A stretch of 64,000 nt of DNA, taken from Hormiphora californensis. Its lineage: Eukaryota > Animalia > Ctenophora. The stretch is from contig CM035357.1 in NCBI GenBank assembly GCA_020137815.1, positions 62,001-126,000 on the forward strand, in the 5' to 3' direction. Shown one piece after another: positions 11,398 to 21,570 of the stretch. The notes beneath the pieces were generated by a model. That model searched no databases. It saw nothing but the letters and a program-made list of their open reading frames with translations, and was not told where the DNA came from. Every line of letters starts with the position of its first letter. Position 1 is the stretch's first letter. A program made the position numbers and the translations under genes.

Positions 11398-12065
11398 AGT
11401 AAGAGTGGCGCGCCGTGTTTTCTCACAAAACTTAGTGGATGAACGGGGAGTACCACCAGGACCATTGGTACGGTATCGAAAATTTCCAATTCTGTCTCGT
11501 TCATTAGTTATGACGTAATATGTTCATTATTTCAACTTTCATAAAATTGCTTTACAGAAAAATCTGTGCATTTTGGATTGAAATGGATGCTTGCATCGTG
11601 TTCAGCGTCAAAAAATAGCCGGGGTACCAAATTTTGGTGTCTCTACCTTGTCTGGGACGCGAGATATCGACAATTATCAAAAACGACCAAAATGGGAGAA
11701 AGAGAGTTTGTTATCTTTGGGTGCTAGTTGTTTGTGCGCGCCACCCACTTGTAACAAACTCTCTCTCTCACTTTGGTCGTTTTTGATATTTGTCGATATC
11801 TCGCGTCACAGACAAGGTAGAGACACCAAAATTTGGTACCCCGGCTATTTTTTGACGCTGAACACGATGCAAGCATCCATTTCAATCCAAAATGCACAGA
11901 TTTTTCTGTAAAGCAATTTTATGAAAGTTGAAATAATGAACATATTACGTCATAACTAACGAACGCGACAGAATTGGAAGTTTTCGATACCTTACCAATG
12001 GTCTTGGTGGTACTCGCCGTTCATCCACTAAGTTTTGTGAGAAAACACGGTGTGCCACTCTTACT
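11398..12065. mobile_element. Second palindromic Kolobok-like MITE (TTAA TSD)
   Basis: TTAA at 11394-11397 and 12066-12069; termini agtaagagtggc / gccactcttact; ~320-bp near-perfect arms. Confidence 0.9.
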
Positions 12066-13121
12066 TTAAAAGTGTCGCGTATTAGTTAGCTTTAGCAGCA
12101 GTTTAGGCGGGTTACAAGTGACAAAGTTTCAAATTGAACGTTAGAATCTAAACTCCTTGAATGTCAGGTTAGGGCAAATTTAGGGTTAGTGAATAGTGCA
12201 ATGTTAGGGTTATGGTTAGGGCTCGGGATTACCTATCATGTAACTTTTATTAAGCCGGTTTAACGGTTGAGTGGTTTGGTTTTTAGAGCCATTTTAGCCA
12301 TCTAGTGCAGGGTACATCTACGTCCCATGCGGGTCCAGGGCCGAGCAATCGAGCATGGACTGGGGAGCCCCAGCAGGGGAAGGGGGCGGGGCCCCATAAT
12401 GGGGACCAGGTGAAGCCCCGTGAGCAGGGCCTAGGGGAGACGGCCCCCGAAAATTTTCAGCGGAATTGGCCTTCTTTGAACTGTCTGAGTGCGTTCCGAG
12501 TACTGAAAGAATGGCTTCATCGATTTGACAAACGCCGCTGGCCCCCGATAGCAGCGCTGGATAAGGCAGCGCTTTTCAACGCTTTTCAATTCATCGATTT
12601 TCAATTTTACAAATTAAATGCAAATTCTGTGAAATCTGAACTTTTTTCAAATAGCGCGCGCTGATCTTTCTCCGCTGCAGAAAGTGTAAGGCGCGAATTA
12701 AGGTCCGGACCCGATGAGGCCAAGCTCTGTCGCGCGTTTTCAAAATTAAAAAACTTTCAAAATAAAAATAAAAAAACTTCAATCGCGTGTTCCTCTCGGA
12801 AACAATAAAATCTGGGTGCCTTTCATTGCTAACATTTCGTAGTTTTTGCGCGCGCGACGGGTTAGGGCTATCCGTTAGGGTCTGGTTAGGGTTTGGTTTG
12901 GGGTTATCGGTTAGGGCTAACGATTCTCTAACAGATACCGTTTAGTTTACTCAAATCGGCCATGTGGTTGCGTGGCTATAGCCGCTTGAAAAAAGTCGGT
13001 CTGAGTGTACTCTTTTGGTAGCGCGCACCTGTAAGGCTGCAAGGCACCCAGATTATAATCGCACCCTGTTCCTCTCACTTTAAGTTTCGAGATGAGGGGC
13101 CTCGGAAATGTTTGAAAAGCG

Positions 13122-13490
13122 CTTGGCAAACGTTGCTCTTCCCCGACAGCGCGGGATAAGGCAGCGCTTTTCTAGAAAAGCGCTCTGCCTCATCATGAAT
13201 CATGGGCGATGAGGCTGAGAAACTTTACAAACAAATTGCCCACCTACTCTCAAAAAAGACCAAACAGTCCTACCCCGATTGCATCCGGTATATCAGACCG
13301 AGACTATCTTTGCTGAACAGCTATTGCGATCCCAGATCCGCGCGTTCTGAGCTGTGATTGGTGGGCGTGACTTGAATGTGCATGACTTGAACATTTCCGA
13401 GTCCCCCCCTCATTTCTGCAAAACCTCTGAAGGAGCAAAATTATTATTATTTGAAAAGCGCTGCCTTATCCCGCGCTGCAACGTTTGCCA
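13122..13490. mobile_element. Probable MITE with inverted ends
   Basis: cagcgcgggataaggcagcgcttttc (13147) is inverted at ~13453-13478, and ttggcaaacgttgc is also inverted. A related end sits at ~12552. No TSD read. Confidence 0.5.
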
Positions 13491-13941
13491 ATATTATTAT
13501 TAACTCTTCATACGGTTACCCCCTTTCTCTCTTCGGCAGCTTCTCTTTGGCTGCTGGAAAGTGATGCCAATCGGTGTTGGGGTTAGTGAATCTGAAGGAG
13601 CAAAAAGCTCTCAGGTCCACTTTGAAACGGATACGACTAGAAGATCCAGACGGCTGCTATTTTATCCGTAATAATGTTATCCAAGTGGGATAGTTCCCCA
13701 CTAACTCACCGTTATCAGCGAACCGTGCTAGGAGCAGGCAGTCTACTGCAGTCCCTTACAAATGAAGGAAAACGAGTTGTCTGTAACTAAAACTGTGTCA
13801 GTGCGGTATATAAACTGTTATTACAATGTTTGTTTCTGTTATGTAAAGTAGTATTACGATCATAATTTACAATTTTTATTAGAAAAAGTTACTCAAAACA
13901 TATTGTTCCTTTATCGGACAGTCTTCGTGGTAAAATTACTA

Positions 13942-14805
13942 CAGTCGGACCCCGATTTAGGGGCCCCCGATTTAGTGGCACCCCGATTTAGGGACAGGAT
14001 TTTTTTCCCCCAAAAATTTTTTGAATTTTTTTTTGTGAAATTTTTTTGAAAATTTTTCAAAAAGATACCAGCCACTTCCGAATCGTGTTTCGAATCAGTA
14101 AATCTTATCGCATGTCCTGCTGCTAATTAGACGGTTCGGAACGAACCGATACGTGATCCCCATGGAACCATTGAATCACAAGTTCACCAAGCGTCAAAAT
14201 TTCGATTCGATGGGGATCACATTTCGATTCGTTCCGAACCGTCTAATTAGCAGCAGGACATGCGATAAGATGCGCCGATTCGAAACACGATTCGGACGTG
14301 GCTGGTATACCTTTAAAAAAATTTTAAACTTTTTTGCAAAATTTTACAGTACGATTGTCAATGCTTTGATCGGTGCTCCCCATAAATTTTGAGAGAAAAA
14401 GTTATTTTGAAATTGTGATACTTCCTCACCCGCTTAGGGTGCCCCTATTCGGCATGGTATCACGTATCGGTTCGTTTCGAATCCGCTAATTAGACAGGAC
14501 ATCCAGTAAGCTGCACCGATTCGAAACACAAATCGGACGGGCTGGTATAACTTAGAAAATTTTTCACATTTTTTGAAAAAAAAACTATTTTATATTTTCC
14601 TATTTCTAATCAGAAATGATGATGTCATCAATACATGAATAATGCATATAACAGTTAGAGGTGTCTTTAGTCTTAATAATATAGCATTTTGGGCATAAAA
14701 TATGTTTTTATGGGCCAAATATGGCTTACCCCGATTTAGTGGACACCCCGATTTAGTGGACAAGACCCTTTCCCCCGAGGGTGTCCCTAAATCGGGGTCC
14801 GACTG
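13942..14805. mobile_element. Tc1/mariner (pogo-like) MITE with TA TSD
   Basis: TA-cagtcggaccccgatttag ... ctaaatcggggtccgactg-TA; subterminal ccccgatttag repeats; internal inverted segment at ~14040-14330. Confidence 0.9.
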
Positions 14806-14995
14806 TATTCCAAAATAAAACCCTCAGATATGTCCTTTACTTAGATTTAGTTATACTTCCCGCAGTCATAATTCCAACCGCTGATTGTTAGATGGACAGT
14901 TCAAAATTGGAGGCAAGGTAAATCATGTCGCATTCTTCCTAGCCTGGGAAGTCTCTATATTATCAGGTTGTGGAGCTATGGCTGTGTGGGAAGTA

Positions 14996-15157
14996 TCGAT
15001 TTAGGGACCCCCGATTTAGTGGCACCCCGATTTAGGGACAGGATTTTTTTCCCCCGATATAGGAATTTAACCTTATTCGACCCCGATTTAGTGGACACCC
15101 CGATTTAGTGGACAAGAGCCTTTCCCCCGAGGGTGTCCCTAAATCGGGGTCCGACTG
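14996..15157. mobile_element. Short, left-truncated copy of the same TA MITE family
   Basis: Same ccccgatttag repeats and the same right TIR, ...tcggggtccgactg-TA. Confidence 0.85.
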
Positions 15158-15506
15158 TAGTATTAAGATGATAATTTACAATTTTTATTAGAAAAAGTTA
15201 CTCAAAACATATTGTTCCTTTATCGGACAGTCTCCGTGGTAAAACTCCAAAATAAAACCCTCAGATATGTCCTTTACTTAGATTTACTTAGATACTTCCC
15301 ACAGTCATAATTCCAACCGCTGATTAGATGGACAGTTCAAAATTGGAGGTTAGGGAAATCATGTCGCATTCTTCCTAGCCTTGGAAGTCTCTATATTATC
15401 AGGGTGTGGAGCTATGGCTGTGTGGGAAGTGTCCAAAAATCCAAGTGATTGATAGTTTGAGTTTTACTCAAGGCTGAAGCATCTTACATTTTACATGGAC
15501 AGCAAT

Positions 15507-16139
15507 TTACTTTTTGTCTTTTTTATCATTATTAAGGAGCATAGCGACACCTCCTACTACAGCTACTGCCCCTAAAACTGGGGCAGCAACAGTCCCCAGA
15601 AAGGTGGTAGCCCCGAGACTTTGAAATGTGGCAAACCAAGACCCAGCCGCTACATTCCCGATCATTGACTGAACCGTAGCTGCAGCAGATCCGGCCACAA
15701 CTCCGCTCGAGGTGAATCCAGCCATATACGGAGCAGCCACCGCCACTCCTCCAGCAATGGCTGTCTTTCCGACAGCTTTTCCCACATTGCGGTCCTCTTT
15801 AGAAGGCCCGCTTCTTTGTCTTGTAAGGTTGTAGTTCTTGTAATTCTCATAATTCTCGTTCTTTTTAGAGGGATCTGTTTTCTTCTGGTAAAACCTTTCA
15901 TTGCTCCCAAACACCTTAGGTACAAACTTCAAGGGACACCCTTCCAGTCTTTGCCTCTTCTTGACTTGTTTTATCGCCTCGAGAGCTCTCAAATGTTCGG
16001 ATTCCGGGAATTCAAGGTGGGTAAAACCAGGGTAGTTTCTCACGCGTTCTTTGAGAGCTTCCAGCGTTAGCTCCCTGTCCCCTGACTCCACCAAGAAATT
16101 CAACAAGGTAGTCAGTGTGATGTAATCTGGACTTGACAT
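15507..16139 (-). CDS. IFI6/IFI27 (ISG12)-like protein with N-terminal extension
   Basis: C-terminal GFTSSGVVAGSAAATVQSMIGNVAAGSWFATFQSLGA is the ISG12 motif; the ATG at 16139 directly follows a pyrimidine tract and tgtag acceptor. Confidence 0.85.
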   Translation of the reverse strand: MSSPDYITLTTLLNFLVESGDRELTLEALKERVRNYPGFTHLEFPESEHLRALEAIKQVKKRQRLEGCPLKFVPKVFGSNERFYQKKTDPSKKNENYENYKNYNLTRQRSGPSKEDRNVGKAVGKTAIAGGVAVAAPYMAGFTSSGVVAGSAAATVQSMIGNVAAGSWFATFQSLGATTFLGTVAAPVLGAVAVVGGVAMLLNNDKKDKK

Positions 16140-16232
16140 TTCTACAAGGATCAAAGAGTAAGGAAAAAGTTGGGTTTGTTAAATTGGTAGCGGTAACAAG
16201 AATTATTTGCATTATGTATCCATAATGCTACG

Positions 16233-16650
16233 TTTCCCTGCCCTCTTCGATTTGCCATTCAGCTCGCCCAACGAGTAAGCTGTCCGCAAAATGGGGATTT
16301 GTGTTTTTCGAATTTTTGAACAAAACGCAGAACAGATTTTTCAATTTCTCCATTTTCCCCGATCAAAACGCGCGGCCGATATAAAACAAATTTTGCCGCG
16401 CATTACAGTTTATAGCCGCACGCCCCTCATAAAATTTCAATTGTTTGCGCGCGCGCATTTTACTCCGCAAGTGTCAGATCGCGCGCGCCGCGAGGTTGCC
16501 CTTCGCAACGAAAGTGTGACCAAAATGGTCCCTCTACCGATTAGTTAGTATACCAAAATGTCGTTTTCGAATTCTAACCCTGCTATGCCTTTTTACAAAG
16601 TAAAAAGGCATCCGGGTGAATGCCTTCGGCATTCACCCGGGCAGGGAAAA
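16233..16650. mobile_element. Non-autonomous DNA element with short TIR tttccctgcc/ggcagggaaa and a subterminal double hairpin
   Basis: Hairpins at 16585-16611 and 16612-16640; a related element lies at 55428-55976. Confidence 0.6.
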
Positions 16651-17318
16651 AATCGTTTGAAAGTGTTCTTTTAAAGAAATTCGGTAATGTTTGAGCTACT
16701 AGGAAATAAGAAAATACAATATCAATTTTAGCTAGCTTTGAGACCGTCTAAACAAATCAAGTTCAACTCAAGACAAGTCCACACAACCAGTAGAAAACAA
16801 AGTAAAGCAACAATCAAAGTATGCCAACAGTCAAAGTAACTCAATTGCACAATAGAGAAAATCCAATAAACACATTTGGCGGTTCTGAATATATATGTGA
16901 CACACCTGTTAACATGATAATATGAGGGGCAAAGTCGGGGTCTATATTATAGCATGAGGACATACCAAGTTGTTTATACGTTGCCTTGTTCGACCCTCCT
17001 TCCCCGCACAATTATACGCAGCTCTTCAAATTCAGCTCAAACACAGCTCAGGCATAAACAGTATATCCTCAGGGTTATTACAATAAATTTAGTTTAATTA
17101 TCCTCACTAAATATATGCGAGATTTAAAGCTAATTAACTATTTAGTGGGTAATGTGAATCAGCTGATTCGCTCTCTACTGAATGACTGTATATTCTAACG
17201 AACACCACGTGCATACTGAGTTTTTTATCGCGTCTTGTTATCATTGTACACATTGCACAGTAGCAGGTCTTGGTACCATTGCAATATCTAACACCAACAC
17301 ATATTTATAGGTCCCATA

Positions 17319-17732
17319 ATGAAACCGAAAGGAGGTGATCGAGGAGGTAGGAAAGATCACCGTGGGAAGGGTCCCTACAGGAACAACACCAGTACACAAC
17401 CCAAGGTGCATGTTGCAGTGGGGAAACACAAATGGAAGGCTCTCAGAGATCTGAAAAAGGCTCGTTTAGACGCAGGGTTATACCAGGAGACGAGGAGTGT
17501 TGTAGAGAAGAAGACCAAGTCAGATCTTGTTACAATCGCTCAGAAGAAAGCTGAGAAGATGAAGGAGGAGGGTGAGCAGGAGGTTGATAAAGAGGAGGTA
17601 CAGAGGTTGAGAGAGGAGCAGTGTGAAAAGAGGAAGAGAAATAAAAAGAAGATGACTGCTAAAACTAAACGAGGACAACCAGTTATGAAGCATCAGATTG
17701 GTTATCTGCTGCACAAGATTAAAAACTCCTGA
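17319..17732 (+). CDS. CCDC59: TAP26/Fyv7-family rRNA-processing protein (CCDC59-like)
   Basis: Basic coiled coil ending in the family motif KTKRGQPVMKHQIGYLLHKIK; atttatag acceptor 8 nt before the ATG. Confidence 0.75.
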   Translation: MKPKGGDRGGRKDHRGKGPYRNNTSTQPKVHVAVGKHKWKALRDLKKARLDAGLYQETRSVVEKKTKSDLVTIAQKKAEKMKEEGEQEVDKEEVQRLREEQCEKRKRNKKKMTAKTKRGQPVMKHQIGYLLHKIKNS

Positions 17733-17735
<3 letters not shown>

Positions 17736-17773
<38 letters not shown>

Positions 17774-18092
17774 GCTGCAACGTTTCTTGTTTTAAATCAT
17801 CAATTTTATAACCGCTGCCCTGTTTTACTAACCCGTGTCCTTGACTGATTTGATGAACTCCACTTTTAATTAACCAATTATAACCAGTTAATTAATTAAC
17901 CAATTATTTTATTAACCAGTTAATTAACCAATGATCTCATTAACCAGTTAATTAATTATCTCATTAACCAGTTAATTAATTAACCAATTAGCCAGCTAAT
18001 TAACCAGTTAATTAACCAATTATCTCATTAGCCAGTTAATTAATTAACCAATTATTTTATTAACCAGTTAATTAATCAACCAATTAGCCAGT
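17736..18092. repeat. (GT)n followed by an AT-rich ttaaccagttaattaa simple-repeat array
   Basis: Read directly at 17736-17771 and ~17865-18092. Confidence 0.85.
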
Positions 18093-18125
18093 TAGAGAGG
18101 CACCCTTGATGTGTCTAGGAACACC

Positions 18126-21100
18126 ATGTCAGGAGTACAGAGAGGAGGTGGAGAAGGGGATGCAAAGGTAGTGGGTATTATTGATCCCACTAGACACAGA
18201 CACTCCAACATTCTGAATGTGTCACCCGGCAAATGTGTAAGTGATTTAAATTTATTTCTTAGAAATCGTTCATTGCTCAACCCTCTTTCGGAAACAAGAA
18301 GGGTTAGAATATCCCAGATATTTTCTCGTTCAATTTCCGTTAAGTTGCTACTGACAGTGATATTTTATATGACGTTATGTTGGGCATGTTTGAACGTGCT
18401 CAAAACTTGCTATTTCACATGGAGAGGGTGTGTGTGTGAAATTTAATATGCATCTCTCTCTATCTAAGGGTAGCTTCGGACAATAGATTGTCGTAGGTAT
18501 ATTCATTTCAATGATCATGATGGACCATGTCTATGAACTACCATCATTGATGGTAGTTCATAGACAACAAATTTAGTTGTTTTAATATACTCTCTCTAGG
18601 AACTAGAACTTGCCAGCACAGTGACCCTCTGTACAAAATATCTAGCTCTAATCACTTCCCTAATCACACAAGTTGTTATGTGTAACATCCCCCTTCCACT
18701 AGGTACGTGTGTTGGATAGGGGTGATCCCTGAATGGTATTTAGTTAGAGATCACGAATCAGGAACTGAAGGTTTCCTACCTGCCTCTCTTCTTAACTGTA
18801 TACAACAGGTTCGTCCCATATCCCACCTACAAAAGGTACATTGTCTCTCTCTCACCCAGTTGTTTAATCATTGTGTCTCTCTCACACCCAGTTGTATTGT
18901 GTCTCTCCCAGTCATCTCAAATTCTCAATCAATCCCACCTATCTCGCTATTTGATTCAGCTCAGCTCTATCAGTAGGCAATTATTGCTGCTGTAGAGGCG
19001 GAGAGAGGGTTCCAATGTTCATCGGTTAGAATCAAAGGGGGCTGGTATTTAGCAGGGGTAGACGTGTGAGAGAGGGTGTGAAATGAGCCCTAGGGGTAAT
19101 TCCCCACAGGTCACAAGGGAGAGGAATAACGGTCATACAGGGTATTTATCATGATCACTCTCTCTCTATCACTGTCGCTTCCGCTCTTTCTCTCTAGTCT
19201 CTCTCACCTAACCTTTTCAGCCGGCAGATGAGTGGTATGAACTTAACTCGGATTTTATGGCCCTGGACTCCGACCAATTGACATGCTTCAAAGGAGATAA
19301 GGTAATCTTTTGAAACATGCAAGGATTGTTTCTATCCTGAATATCTAATCACACTATTTCTGTTAAGGTGCGGTTACTTCGTAAAGTTAATAATGATTGG
19401 TGGGAGATAGAGAGTACTCTGAAGGCTACTGGAGAGGTACCAGCTAAACAACTCGAATTTTCATCCCCTCCTGCTGTTAACCAAGGTCAGTCATGAAGTA
19501 CTTCTGTCACGCCCATCCGTGTCATATTTGTTGTCCCCCCCCCCCCCCCCCCCCAATATTGTGGGATATGACCTGCTGAAGTCTCCAAATAGAAGTGTGG
19601 CAAAAGTGGCGCCCAAAATTTCAAAGCTTTCTAAACCTGGCTGTAACGCGCGACTCCACCAAGATAGAAAGCACATCGTGTCATTGCAGTAGTGTGCGCG
19701 GCGCGCTCCTCGTGTCCCTCTAAATCCAGTCATCTCTCCTCGCCGTGTGTGTTTCTTGGAACTGGTCCAACTGTATTTTATTTGGAATGCTGCCAAACCT
19801 GGCTTCACTTATCAGTTATTGATTTCAGGATCTGGGACAAAGATTGTTCCTCCTAACAGGAAATTCAAGAGGACAGCATCTAAAGTTTTACTGAGAGCAT
19901 CATCAGGTGATAAATCTAATTTTCTATAATAATGTTACCTTCCACTACATCTATCTCAATCTCCACTGAATCTCAGATATAAATTCACCCCTCTTCCAGG
20001 TATTAAGACTACAGATATAAAACAGTCAACATCGAAGCTAATGGACACATTGACACCAAAAAGAAGGGCGTCCAGGGCATCCACCCAAAACATTCCTGCA
20101 ACTGAGGGGCCGGCTGGTAAACCTCCCACCGGCTGGGAGTTTGTCAGGAATAGACTGGGTAGAGAGAGTAAGAGAGGTAAACAGAAGAAACAGGTGGAGC
20201 AGGTAGAACCGGTCCCTGCTGCTCAGTTTGTACTGCCCCCACGATCACCGTATGTTTACGAACAACAGGGAAAGGAAAAGTAAGTGAAGTTCACGGGGAG
20301 GGGGGGCTTTTTCCCTTTCCCACACTGTTACAAGAACATGGTTACTCTACCGCCTACAAAAATACAAGTATCCTCCCTAGCCTTGATTTACCTTGCTCTA
20401 CCGACGACCCTAGCCCCGCTCGACCCAATTCCCCCACACCCCTGTCCCAAGTTTGTAACCTCACTATCCCCTCAGTCGGACCCCCTCCCAAGAGAGGAAG
20501 TTGACTCCCAATAAGCCACCACGACGAACAAAGAAGATAGAAGAAGGGAAACGGAAATCAGCTGAAAAGGAACAGGGTTAGTGTTTACCGGGGGGTGTTG
20601 ACCATCATGTTGTACATGTATCACACTAACACACGAGTCAGAACACTGGTTAGGTGGGACATAGAGCTACTGTTTATTGATAAGAAGTTATGTGCACAGT
20701 GGTGCCCCGTACATTTAGAATCCCCCCTTTACTAATACCATTAGTAACAACCCCCCTTTATTTCACAGAGGGTGGAGGACCAAGGATAACGCCCCGTAGT
20801 GGGGACATTAGTTTAACTGATAGTTACCTGTGGGACACCTACACAGGTAAACCTCCTTTATTTTGCTATATTTTCCTCACCAAATTGATGGTTTGGTTCG
20901 AAACTAAAATCCCCCATTTTCAGAATTCCACGATGAACCAGATCATGTAAAGAGTCCTGTACAACCACCATTACCAGTGAAGATAGTACGGGGTGGGGCT
21001 CCTCTAACACCCCCACCTCCAGTTAAACATCCTGCCCCTCCCATCCCACCCCGACCCTCAGGGGAACACCCAGTTGCTATGGAAACCAATAACAACAACC

Positions 21101-21240
21101 TGGTTGCTATGGAAACTAATGAGATTGTGATGGAGACTGTTAGTAGTGACGAACAGGCTGAGGAACCCTTGGAGAGGCAGAATAGTACTGATACAAGGAC
21201 CACCGTATCTGATACATTTAGTGAAGGTATGTTACAATAA
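18126..21240 (+). CDS. Multi-exon adaptor with two SH3 domains and a proline-rich tail
   Basis: SH3-1 NILNVSPGKC|VRVLDRGDPEWYLVRDHESGTEGFLPASLL needs a 1-nt frameshift at the ccc run 18727-18729. SH3-2 DFMALDSDQLTCFKGDK|VRLLRKVNNDWWEIESTLKATGEVPAKQLE (19221-19485). PxxP-rich exon at ~20923-21240. Confidence 0.75.
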
Positions 21241-21570
21241 TTAGTAGCTAGCAGGTGACACACGACCATGTATTGATTGCATCCGTGGGTAGAGAATATC
21301 CCTTCTCCCAGCTGAATAGAGACACTTTTTTAACATGTAAAGGATCAAACAAATAAACACTCATACAATCAGCATCGCATGTAAAAAAAGCAACAGTAGC
21401 ACAATAAAAACACCGTAATACTTTAACAAATAAGCATCAAAAAATTGTTTAGTTAAGACACAGTTGTTTAGTCATGTTCTAACCCTTCTATACCCTTCTT
21501 GTGCGTGGTGAGACAGGGTCGAACAAGTTGTTTAGTTATGGTCTCGCCCATTGATCACGTGACTGACCAA

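Noticed and set aside
12160-12920. Degenerate TTAGGG runs as an interstitial telomere
   Set aside because: Only short, interrupted units; not a true array.
18727-18729. Frameshift in SH3-1 as a pseudogene or programmed frameshift
   Set aside because: A single extra base in a homopolymer in an error-prone assembly; sequencing error is more likely.
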